Source of the DNA: a virus
Taxonomy: Duplodnaviria > Caudoviricetes
Strand: one strand, 5' to 3'
DNA length: 64,000 bases
Virus record (IMG/VR): IMGVR_UViG_3300028886_000089
Location: 5,080 to 69,079 of that record
Shown one piece after another: positions 18,213 to 26,887 of the stretch (the first letter of the stretch is position 1; each line of letters starts with the position of its first letter). Under the pieces are notes generated by a model, which had not been told where the DNA came from, searched no databases, and saw nothing but the letters and a program-made list of their open reading frames with translations. A program made the position numbers and the translations under genes.

Positions 18213-20068
18213 TGAATTACACAGCACAAGATATTGAAACTTTAAGCTTTCGCGATGCGGTGCGTGAACGTGTAGCTATGTATATGGGAAGTGCCGATAA
18301 TCAAGGGGTGCTTCAATGCGTGCGAGAGATTATAACCAACTCCATAGATGAAATGACTATGGGGTTTGGTAATACTATTTATGTAGAATTAGACAAAGAC
18401 AATTGTATAACTGTAAGTGATAATGCGCGTGGAGTTCCTTTTGGTTTGCGCGAAGATGGAACCGAAGCTATGGAAGCCATTTACACATTACCACATACGG
18501 GAGGTAAATTTAACGAAAAAATTTATCAAAACGTAGCAGGTCAAAACGGTATTGGTTCAAAAGGGGTTGCTTTATCTAGCTCCTTTTTTATGGCTGTTTC
18601 TACAAGAGATGGTCAGCAAGCTACTTTAGTTTTAAAAGATGGAATTAAAGAAAGTTTTACCATTGAAAAAAATATTGGTGGTAAAGAACATGGCACATTA
18701 GTTTGTTTTAAACCATCTCAAGAGGTATATAATTTAGAGCCAATACAAATTAATTTTGATGACTTAAAGGAAATGTGTCGTAATTGGTCTTATTTAACTA
18801 AAGGGGTTACTTTTAAGTTAGATAATTTAATTACAAACGAAACTGTTACATACAAATCTGAAAATGGAATACTTGATTTCCTTAAAGATTCAATTAAGAA
18901 ACCAATTCATAAAACACCGCTTTACATTTCAGTAAAAGAAGATGGAATTGAATGTGAGGTTGCTATGCAGTGGGCGGCCGACCGTAAAGAACATTGGTAT
19001 GTATTTACTAATGGACTTGCCAACGCAGAAGGCGGCACCTCGCTCACTGGCGTAAAAACAGCTATTACAAATTTCTTCAAAAAAAAATTCAAGGGTGAGT
19101 TTAGTCCTGAAGTAGCCAGGTCTGGTTTATTCTATGTGGTGAACTGTAAAGTTCCAAACCCTTCATTTGCAAATCAGACAAAAACGAAAGTGAATAATCC
19201 AGAGTTGCGCGGGCTCGCGCAACGTGCGACAGGACAGATGTTAGATGAGTTCAGTCGCAGATATGTGAATGAGTTCGATTCAATAATTGATTTGCTTACA
19301 AAAGAACTCAAAGCAGAGCGTGCCGCAGAGAAAGCACGCAAGCAAGTTCTTGAAGCATCGAAAGAAATTGAAAAGAATCAGAAGAAAAAAGTGTTTGCTT
19401 CTGACAAACTCAAAGATGCAGAGTTCCTCGGACCAAATGCAACACTTCTTGTAGTAGAAGGAAATAGTGCTATGGGTGGTATGGCTCAGGCAAGAGACTA
19501 TACAAAATATGGTATTTTAGCTATTAGAGGAAAGATTATCAACTGTCTTTCTAATCCAGAAGAAAAAATCTTCAATAATGAAGAAATCAAACTTCTTCTC
19601 TCAGCCATGAACATCGTTCCAGGCAAATATAATCCTTCCAAACTACGCTATGGACGTCTCGCAATCTGCACCGATGCCGATAGCGACGGCGCGCACATAG
19701 GTCTGCTTATAATGGCAGCTCTACAATATCTCGCGCCGGAGTTCATTAAAGAAGGCAGACTTTGTTGGCTTCGTTCTCCACTTTATATCGTTGAGAATAA
19801 AGGTAAAGAGTCATATTACTTTACTGATGATGAGTTTAATAAGGTGAGAAATAAGGTTAAAGGAGAAGTCACTCGTGCCAAAGGACTTGGTGAGCTTCCC
19901 GCAGAGACCGCGCGAGCTTCAATGTTTACACAAGAATATCAGCGTATTGATGTAATGGAATGGAATGACAGAGCAATTGATTTACTTTATGATTTAATGA
20001 GTGAAGATGTAGAACCAAGAAGAGATTTTATAATGAAGAAAGTTGATTTTAGTAAGGTGAGAGAATGA
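18212..20068 (+). CDS. gyrB: DNA gyrase/topoisomerase II subunit B
   Basis: EIITNSIDE, DNARGVP, HTGGKF, GQNGIGSK GHKL motifs; VEGNSA, IRGKI, TDADSDG TOPRIM; KGLGE. Confidence 0.95.
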   Translation: MNYTAQDIETLSFRDAVRERVAMYMGSADNQGVLQCVREIITNSIDEMTMGFGNTIYVELDKDNCITVSDNARGVPFGLREDGTEAMEAIYTLPHTGGKFNEKIYQNVAGQNGIGSKGVALSSSFFMAVSTRDGQQATLVLKDGIKESFTIEKNIGGKEHGTLVCFKPSQEVYNLEPIQINFDDLKEMCRNWSYLTKGVTFKLDNLITNETVTYKSENGILDFLKDSIKKPIHKTPLYISVKEDGIECEVAMQWAADRKEHWYVFTNGLANAEGGTSLTGVKTAITNFFKKKFKGEFSPEVARSGLFYVVNCKVPNPSFANQTKTKVNNPELRGLAQRATGQMLDEFSRRYVNEFDSIIDLLTKELKAERAAEKARKQVLEASKEIEKNQKKKVFASDKLKDAEFLGPNATLLVVEGNSAMGGMAQARDYTKYGILAIRGKIINCLSNPEEKIFNNEEIKLLLSAMNIVPGKYNPSKLRYGRLAICTDADSDGAHIGLLIMAALQYLAPEFIKEGRLCWLRSPLYIVENKGKESYYFTDDEFNKVRNKVKGEVTRAKGLGELPAETARASMFTQEYQRIDVMEWNDRAIDLLYDLMSEDVEPRRDFIMKKVDFSKVRE

Positions 20069-20397
20069 TTAATTGTTATATAAGAATAGGTTTTATAGTA
20101 AATGAAAACGAATATGAAACCGTTTGTACAAATATCTCTTCTTTATTTACTAAAGACATACAAATTATTAAAACTTCAGAATACTGTTTAATCAATAGTT
20201 CAATATTATTAATTAGAATCTTTAAATATAAGAATGAAAAAACCATTTCTTTAATTATTAAAAGTGGTAGATATGTATTATTGATTATATCAGATAATAT
20301 AACAATTCAACCTAACAATTTTAGCTTATTAGTAGACTTGTGTAATTTAGGAAATATTTGGAAAAAACATTTTAACATAGAGGAAACAGATGAGTAA
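20065..20397 (+). CDS. Hypothetical AT-rich protein inserted between gyrB and gyrA
   Basis: ATGA overlap with gyrB; very AT-rich. Confidence 0.55.
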   Translation: MINCYIRIGFIVNENEYETVCTNISSLFTKDIQIIKTSEYCLINSSILLIRIFKYKNEKTISLIIKSGRYVLLIISDNITIQPNNFSLLVDLCNLGNIWKKHFNIEETDE

Positions 20398-20449
20398 TTT
20401 ACAACCAATTATAGAAGAATCAATGGAACAAATGGAACCATTTTTATAA
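20390..20449 (+). pseudogene. Displaced original GyrA N-terminus (MSNLQPIIEESMEQMEPFL*)
   Basis: 10/14 identity to the start of the 21231 ORF (MSNLLPIIEDSFTQ); has its own AGAGGA RBS. Confidence 0.8.
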
Positions 20450-20500
20450 AGTCCAAATGTGCCATTTCTACTTATATATAGAAGGCAAGGAGGAATAAAA

Positions 20501-21256
20501 ATGGGAGCAAAAATAAATGAAATAGGTAATACATATGGATATTTAACCGTTATTGATACCGCGCCAAGTAAAAATAATCGCGCCATGTGGTTATGTAAAT
20601 GTAAATGCGGCAATGAATGTATTGTTAGTGGTAAGGAATTACGCAGTGGACATACAAAGTCGTGTGGATGCCTTAAGCGCGAAGCCACTATAAAAAGAAA
20701 CATAGAACGAGGTGGCGGAGATTTAACAGGACAAAGATTTGGTAAATTAACTGTTTTAGGTTTTGAAAAATGGTTAGACCGAAACAATGGGCATAGAGAT
20801 AGAATGTGGCGTTGTAAGTGTGATTGTGGTAATGAATGTGTAGTTAATCATAGATATTTAAGGTTTGGGGATACTGAATCTTGTGGTTGCACGAAGTCGC
20901 GCGGCAATGCAACAATTATGCGATGGTTAAATTCTAATCATTATGAATATCAAGCAGAATATCGTTTTAAAGATTTGGTAAGCCAATATAATAATATCCC
21001 ATATCAATTTGACTTTGCTATTTTTGATAATGGCAATTTAAAATTTCTCATTGAATATCAAGGAAACATTCATTTTAAAACCACTCCTGGTGGTTGGAAT
21101 GATGAAAAAGCACTTGCTGATTGTCAAAAACGAGATAAAATAAAATTTGATTATTGCAATCAAAACAATATACCATTATATTATATTACTTATGAAGAAA
21201 TTATAGAAGATAGACTAAAGGAGATTATGAATGAGCAATTTATTGCCAATAATTGA
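20501..21256 (+). mobile_element. Free-standing homing endonuclease: two CxCxCG..SCGC repeats plus a C-terminal Vsr-like (EDxHD-type) nuclease domain
   Basis: GGAGG RBS before ATG 20501 (track start 20459); WLCKCKCGNE..SCGC twice; QFDFAI..IEYQGNIHF..KRDKIKFDYC; overlaps the gyrA start by 26 nt. Confidence 0.8.
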
Positions 21257-23582
21257 AGATAGTTTTACTCAATATAGTTCAGCGGTTATACAATCAAGAG
21301 CATTAGTAGATGTGCGCGATGGTCTTAAACCATCTGCACGCCAAATCTTTTATTCAATGTTAATTCGCAAACTAACACCAGATAAACCATATAAAAAGAC
21401 CGCCAATGCCGTTGGTATGGCTATGGCAGATTTCTATATTCATGGCGATAGTTCTTGTGAAGGAGTAATCATGAGAGCAGGTCAGCCATTTGCCATGCGT
21501 TATCCACTGATTGATGTAAAAGGTAATTATGGCTCTTTAATAGAGTCCGGCAATTATGCGGCTATGCGTTATACGGAAAGTCGCTTATCTAAATTGGGCG
21601 CTTATCTTTTTAATGATATAGATAAAGAAACTATTAATGAGTGGAAAGATAGTTATGATAATACCAAACAATACCCAGCAGTATTACCAACCAAAGGATA
21701 CTATAATGTATGCAATGGTAGCATGGGTATAGCGGTAGGTATGGCTTGCTCAATTCCTCAATATAATTTAAAAGAAATGAATCAAGTCCTCGAACACTTA
21801 CTTCTCAATCCAGAATGTAGTTTCGATGATATATATATTGCGCCAGACTTTGCTACGGGCGCAGTATTACTTAATGAAGACGAAGTTAAAGAGTCGATGA
21901 AGAAAGGAACTGGCTTCGCTTGCAAGCTTCGTAGTGTCGTAGATTATGATAAGAAAGAAAACTGCTTTGTGGTTACCGAAATACCATATTCAGTTTATAC
22001 TAACACAATCTGCGGCGAGTTGGAAGATATAATCAATGGAGAAGAAAATCCAGGCGTTGATAGGTTCAATGACCTGACTGGTAAAACTCCTTTAATCAAA
22101 ATCTATCTGACGAAGCGCGCGAACCCAAACAAAGTATTAAAATATCTCTATAAAAATACCTCGCTTCAATCTCATTACTCAATTAACTTTACAATGCTTG
22201 ACAACGGTCGCTTTCCAAGAGTATTCACATGGAAAGAAATGCTTCAAGCACATATCGACCACGAAAAAGAGGTATATATGCGTGGTTTCCAATTCGATTT
22301 AAAGAAAATCGAAGACAGACTCCACATAATTGAAGGACTACTTGTTTGTCTCGCGAATATCGACGAGGTAGTCCGAACAATTAAAAACTCCGAGTCTACG
22401 CAAAAGGCGCGCGAGCGACTTATGGCATCATATAATCTCGATGAAGCACAAACAAAAGCCATTCTTGATATGAAGCTATCTCGTCTTGCACATCTCGAAG
22501 TTGAAAAATTATTTTCTGAAAAGTCAAAACTTGAAAAAGAAAGAGATTTCATTTATAATATAATTAACAATGAAAGTGAGTTTAATGCTCAACTCATTAA
22601 AGGGTGGCGAGAAGTCGCAGACAAATTCGGTGATGCCCGCCGCACTCAAATTTTAAATATCTCAAAGGACGATGAAGAGCCTGCCGAAAGACAAGAACTC
22701 CTCATTAACCTATCCAATCAGAACAATATCTACATAACAACCACTTCAACCCTCTATACTCAGAGACGCGGCGGTGTAGGTAATAAGTTCAAAATGAGTA
22801 AAGGAGAATATGTAATTGCGACCGCTTCGGGAACCAATCTCGATACTGTCCTCCTATTCTCCAATCGTGGAAATTGCTACCACATAACACCTTCCGAATT
22901 ACCTTTCGAACAGGTAGTTCCAATCGAAAGCATAGTTGAAATCCAAGCAAAAGAAAAAATCGAAGAACTTGTTTTTCTTAACAAAAAGAAACAAAAAGAA
23001 CACATAATCTTTTTCACGAAAAAAGGTATTTTAAAGAAAAGTAGGCTTTCAGAGTATAACATCAAACGGAAAGTTGGTGTTAAGGCTCTAAACTTAGATA
23101 ACGACGATGAAATTGTGTCAATTCTTTTTGTGAATGAAGAACGAGTTGGTATGATGACTGCGCGCGGCCAGTTCGTAGTGTGTGAGACAAAGGATGTGCG
23201 ACCAATCGGTCGCGCAGCAAGGGGAGTTAAGGGTATAACTCTTAACGATGGAGATTCTCTTGTATCTGCAAAGGTTATTCCAGCTGATACAAAAGAATAT
23301 TTAAGCGTAAGTGAAAAAGGATATATTAAACGAACAACCGCAAAAGATTTCACAGTTACCGGAAGGGCAACTAAAGGAAGTAAAATCCACTCACTCAAAG
23401 ATGCAGATGATAAACTAATTGCATTTGCTCCAATTACTAATGAGCAGGAAACGATTGTAGTATCCTCAAATGCACAAATTAAAATCAATTTAAATGAAGT
23501 AAATCTACTTTCAAAGGGTGCTCAAGGAACTAAATCAATGAAACTGTCTAACGCAAAAGTAATTGGACTATTAGTTGTGTAG
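21231..23582 (+). CDS. gyrA: DNA gyrase subunit A with beta-pinwheel CTD and GyrA-box
   Basis: DVRDGLKPSARQI, HGDSS, AAMRYTE catalytic Tyr, QRRGGVG, GRAARGVKG and GRATKGSK blade repeats. Confidence 0.95.
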   Translation: MSNLLPIIEDSFTQYSSAVIQSRALVDVRDGLKPSARQIFYSMLIRKLTPDKPYKKTANAVGMAMADFYIHGDSSCEGVIMRAGQPFAMRYPLIDVKGNYGSLIESGNYAAMRYTESRLSKLGAYLFNDIDKETINEWKDSYDNTKQYPAVLPTKGYYNVCNGSMGIAVGMACSIPQYNLKEMNQVLEHLLLNPECSFDDIYIAPDFATGAVLLNEDEVKESMKKGTGFACKLRSVVDYDKKENCFVVTEIPYSVYTNTICGELEDIINGEENPGVDRFNDLTGKTPLIKIYLTKRANPNKVLKYLYKNTSLQSHYSINFTMLDNGRFPRVFTWKEMLQAHIDHEKEVYMRGFQFDLKKIEDRLHIIEGLLVCLANIDEVVRTIKNSESTQKARERLMASYNLDEAQTKAILDMKLSRLAHLEVEKLFSEKSKLEKERDFIYNIINNESEFNAQLIKGWREVADKFGDARRTQILNISKDDEEPAERQELLINLSNQNNIYITTTSTLYTQRRGGVGNKFKMSKGEYVIATASGTNLDTVLLFSNRGNCYHITPSELPFEQVVPIESIVEIQAKEKIEELVFLNKKKQKEHIIFFTKKGILKKSRLSEYNIKRKVGVKALNLDNDDEIVSILFVNEERVGMMTARGQFVVCETKDVRPIGRAARGVKGITLNDGDSLVSAKVIPADTKEYLSVSEKGYIKRTTAKDFTVTGRATKGSKIHSLKDADDKLIAFAPITNEQETIVVSSNAQIKINLNEVNLLSKGAQGTKSMKLSNAKVIGLLVV

Positions 23583-23597
23583 TCAGAGAGTTAAAAT

Positions 23598-23626
23598 TTG
23601 AGTTTTATTAAAATTTATAGTATAAT
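23598..23626 (+). promoter_or_regulatory. SigA-type promoter
   Basis: TTGAGT-17 nt-TATAAT. Confidence 0.65.
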
Positions 23627-23703
23627 ATTTATAGAAAGTTAAGGATAACTTTCGCGAAAACAAATCATTTAAAAATTTATTTAAACAAGGAGAAAACAAA
23701 ATT

Positions 23704-23955
23704 ATGAAGCTTACAGAGAAGAGTAATGAAGTATTTGAGTATGTAAAGGCTAATGGCGGAAAGGTTTCCATTCCTGAGCTTGCACAGGCACTTGACAGAA
23801 CAGAGCGTTCGGTAGGCGCTAACGTAACTGACCTCACAAAGAAGGGTCTCGCAGCAAGAGAAAAGGTTGAGGTTGAAGGCGCAGAGAAGCCAATCACATA
23901 CGTAGTTCTGACAGAGGAAGGCAAGGTATTTGTTCCGAGCGAGGACGAGGAGTAA
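23704..23955 (+). CDS. Winged-helix DNA-binding protein
   Basis: VSIPELAQALDRTERSVGANVTDLTKKGL...YVVLTEEG HTH-wing pattern. Confidence 0.75.
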   Translation: MKLTEKSNEVFEYVKANGGKVSIPELAQALDRTERSVGANVTDLTKKGLAAREKVEVEGAEKPITYVVLTEEGKVFVPSEDEE

Positions 23956-23962
23956 TTAAATA

Positions 23963-23998
23963 GGAGGGTTATATAACCCTCCATTATTTATTCTTTTT
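23963..23998 (+). terminator. Intrinsic terminator
   Basis: GGAGGGTTA-TA-TAACCCTCC followed by a T-rich tract. Confidence 0.7.
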
Positions 23999-24042
23999 AA
24001 ACAAACTGAACAAACAGAACTAGACAAACAGGAGAAAATTAA

Positions 24043-24960
24043 ATGTTAAGACAGGCAGAAAATAGATGTAAAATTGAAGGAGTTCTCGCAGAGGTTGATA
24101 TTAAGCCGGGTTCATTTGTTAAGAATGGACAGACTGTTGAATCAATCGGAGGTTCGATTATCGTTAAGGTAATCCAGAAGATTAGTGGAGAAGAAAAGGA
24201 ATTAGCTATTCCGGTTCATATGTTTGCTTCGAAGCTGACAAATAAGGGCACACCTAACCCAGCATATGACTCCATTAAGAAGATTATGGACGAGTATACA
24301 AGCATCGCCGCATCAGAGAATGGTGAAGATGGTGCTGATAGAATTCGTATCACAAGTGGAAGTATTCGTATGAATGAGTATTATAGCCAGGATGGAAGAC
24401 TCGTATCTTTCCCACGCGTTAATGCTTCATTCGTTCAGAAGATTAATAAAGGTGATTGCAAGCCAGAAGCTACTTATACTACTGAGTTTGTAGTTGCAAA
24501 TAAGTCAGAAGAAATTGACAGAAACGGTGACCCTACAGGCAGATATAGAATCGATGCAATCATTCCGCAGTATGGTGGAAAGGTTGATGTTGTTCCTATG
24601 TATGCACAGAGTCCAGGAGTCATCAGCGCAGTTTCTGAGTATTGGGAAATTGGCGATACAGTAAAAGCTAATGGAAGACTTGACTTCTCAGCTACAACTG
24701 AAACAATTATTGAGGAAGTTGATTTTGGTGAGCCAATCGAAAAGACAAGAACTGTTAATAGAAGCGACCTTATCATCACTGGTGGTTCGCAGACAGCGCT
24801 TGAGGGTGATTTTGCATATGATAATGCAGAAATCCAGGAGGCTCTTGCTGAAAGAAAACTGAGACTTGAAAAGCAGAAGGATAAGGATATGTCAAGAGCG
24901 GCTTCTAAGCAGACTCCGCCAAAGACATCAAAGAACGGATTCACAGACCTTGGATTTTAA
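24043..24960 (+). CDS. Probable single-stranded DNA-binding protein (tandem OB-fold type)
   Basis: Beta-rich, acidic; C-terminal ..TDLGF tail; sits before the recombination ATPase and helicase. Confidence 0.55.
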   Translation: MLRQAENRCKIEGVLAEVDIKPGSFVKNGQTVESIGGSIIVKVIQKISGEEKELAIPVHMFASKLTNKGTPNPAYDSIKKIMDEYTSIAASENGEDGADRIRITSGSIRMNEYYSQDGRLVSFPRVNASFVQKINKGDCKPEATYTTEFVVANKSEEIDRNGDPTGRYRIDAIIPQYGGKVDVVPMYAQSPGVISAVSEYWEIGDTVKANGRLDFSATTETIIEEVDFGEPIEKTRTVNRSDLIITGGSQTALEGDFAYDNAEIQEALAERKLRLEKQKDKDMSRAASKQTPPKTSKNGFTDLGF

Positions 24961-24974
24961 GGAGGTAGGCTTCA

Positions 24975-25943
24975 ATGATTGATATTTTATCCATTGAGCC
25001 TACGGTAATTTCAAGAGATTTGAAAGGTAAATATTTGTTACTATACGGGAAGCCTAAGACAGGGAAAACCACAATGGCTTCCCGTTTTCCTAAAAATCTT
25101 TTAATTGCTTTTGAGAAAGGTTACAATGCTATTGATGGAATTAAGGCTGTTGACGTTAATAAATGGTCAGAGTTCCGTCAGATTTTAAGGCAATTAGAGA
25201 AACCGGAAGCTCAGGCGATGTATGATACGATTACAATTGATACTACAACGATTGCTTACGAAATGTGCGAACAGTTTGTATGTAGTCAGAATGGAGTTCA
25301 ATCAATCCGTGATATTCCTTGGGGTCAGGGATGGACACTCGTAAAGAAAGAATTTGAATCGTGTTTAAGAAAGATAACAATGCTTGGTTATGGTTTGGTT
25401 CTTATTTCACATATTGAAACTAGAAAAGAAAAGACCGCAGATGATAGTGAGATTGAAATTCTTGCGCCATCAATGCCAAAACGTTGTTATGAAGTTGTAA
25501 ATCAAATTGTAGATATTATAGGATATATTGCTACTGAATGGGATGATGATGGTAATAGTTATAGATGGCTGTATACTAGACAGACACCGACCGTTATGGC
25601 GGGCAGTCGATTCCCATATCTTGCGCCGAAGATTAAACTTGGCTATGATGAGTTGGTCGCAGCAATAAATGAAGCTATTGATAAACAGAGAGATTTAGAT
25701 GGCGCGACAGTAGTAGATAAGCTTGAAAGAAAAACAGAAGAAGAACTTAACTTTGAAGAGATTAGAGATGAAGCTCAAAAGATTTGGGCAAAACTCGTAA
25801 ATGCAGACCCTGCCAACGCGGAGAAGGTTTTAAAGAAGGTTGAAATGATTTTCGGAAGAAAACTGAAACTTTCAGAGATTACCGAAGACCAGAAAGAACC
25901 TTTCTTCCTTGTATTACTTGAAATGAGAGATATGGTTAAGTAA
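24975..25943 (+). CDS. AAA_24 / Sak4-like recombination ATPase
   Basis: LLYGKPKTGKTT Walker A, ITIDT, LVLISH, VDIIGY, AGSRF. Confidence 0.8.
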   Translation: MIDILSIEPTVISRDLKGKYLLLYGKPKTGKTTMASRFPKNLLIAFEKGYNAIDGIKAVDVNKWSEFRQILRQLEKPEAQAMYDTITIDTTTIAYEMCEQFVCSQNGVQSIRDIPWGQGWTLVKKEFESCLRKITMLGYGLVLISHIETRKEKTADDSEIEILAPSMPKRCYEVVNQIVDIIGYIATEWDDDGNSYRWLYTRQTPTVMAGSRFPYLAPKIKLGYDELVAAINEAIDKQRDLDGATVVDKLERKTEEELNFEEIRDEAQKIWAKLVNADPANAEKVLKKVEMIFGRKLKLSEITEDQKEPFFLVLLEMRDMVK

Positions 25944-25947
25944 GTTT

Positions 25948-25975
25948 AAAACGCATCCAAAAGGGGTGCGTTTTT
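25948..25975 (+). terminator. Intrinsic terminator
   Basis: AAAACGCATCC-AAAAG-GGGTGCGTTTTT-type hairpin with T tract. Confidence 0.75.
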
Positions 25976-25979
25976 AAAT

Positions 25980-26008
25980 TTGACAAACTTTTATTTTTCT
26001 GATATAAT
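25980..26008 (+). promoter_or_regulatory. SigA-type promoter
   Basis: TTGACA-17 nt-TATAAT, extended -10 TG. Confidence 0.85.
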
Positions 26009-26033
26009 ATAATTATGAAGAAAGGAGACTTTT

Positions 26034-26552
26034 ATGGCACAATGTAGATTATGTAAAATTGAAATTAATAAAGAGAAAGACGATTGGGTAATGCCCAGCA
26101 AAAATTACTATTACCATAGGAAGTGTTATGAAAATTGGAAGAAAGCACAGCCTGATAATGATGAAGCATATGTTGATTTAATTTATGACTTCATCGCGCG
26201 CGACCTTAAAGTCACGTATGATTATTGGGTATGTGAAGCACAACGAAAAAAGTTTTTGAAAGAGAAGATGACCAATAAGGGCATCTTATTTGCGTTGAAA
26301 TATTTTTATGAAGTAAAACACGGTGATTGGGAAAAGGGACATGGAGGAATTGGTATAATTCCTTTTGTATATAATGATTCGTGTGCATACTGGGCCGCGC
26401 GTGAGCGTAGGTCAGCTGGAACAATCGCAGAAATTGAACGTCAAATGCGCGAAGCAGCAGCAAGAAAGAAAGTGCGTATACAAAGACACGAAACAAAACC
26501 TAAATATACAATTGATTTTAGTGTGTTAGACGATTTGGAGGACGAAGAATGA
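26034..26552 (+). CDS. Zn-finger protein ahead of the helicase (possible loader/initiator)
   Basis: CRLC...HRKC motif; function inferred from position only. Confidence 0.6.
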   Translation: MAQCRLCKIEINKEKDDWVMPSKNYYYHRKCYENWKKAQPDNDEAYVDLIYDFIARDLKVTYDYWVCEAQRKKFLKEKMTNKGILFALKYFYEVKHGDWEKGHGGIGIIPFVYNDSCAYWAARERRSAGTIAEIERQMREAAARKKVRIQRHETKPKYTIDFSVLDDLEDEE

Positions 26553-26887
26553 CTTTTTATATAAATAAAGTGCATATAAGCGAATCTGATTGGGAGCACG
26601 AATGTATAGGACTTTTTGATAAAGAAAATTGGGTAGGCGAAGGAAATTTTTGTGGCTGGTATGGTGCAGAATATTATAAAGATACAACATTAATAGCATA
26701 CGGAATTCAATTGGGTCATAGTAGTATTTATAATCCAAAACGTCCATTTAACGGCGGTTTTAAAGTTGTCAAAGAACATTATGATAAAATACCTATTGGT
26801 TCTTGTTATTGGACAAGAAGTTTCGATGCTAATTCAGTAGAAGAAGCTATAGAAATTTTTAGAAAGCAAGAGTGGGAAAATGATTGA
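26549..26887 (+). CDS. Hypothetical protein
   Basis: ATGA-coupled ORF. Confidence 0.6.
   Translation: MTFYINKVHISESDWEHECIGLFDKENWVGEGNFCGWYGAEYYKDTTLIAYGIQLGHSSIYNPKRPFNGGFKVVKEHYDKIPIGSCYWTRSFDANSVEEAIEIFRKQEWEND

Noticed and set aside
20390-21256. Fractured gyrA with a split intein, or a group I intron
   Set aside because: The stub ends MEPFL* with no intein N-terminal block, GyrA restarts with its own ATG and a full N-terminus, and there is no room for an intron core.
22244-24944. Long antisense ORFs (22244-22552, 22877-23488, 23583-23984, 24474-24944)
   Set aside because: They are mirror frames of gyrA, the wHTH gene and the SSB-like gene, with S/F/L-rich composition and no RBS.
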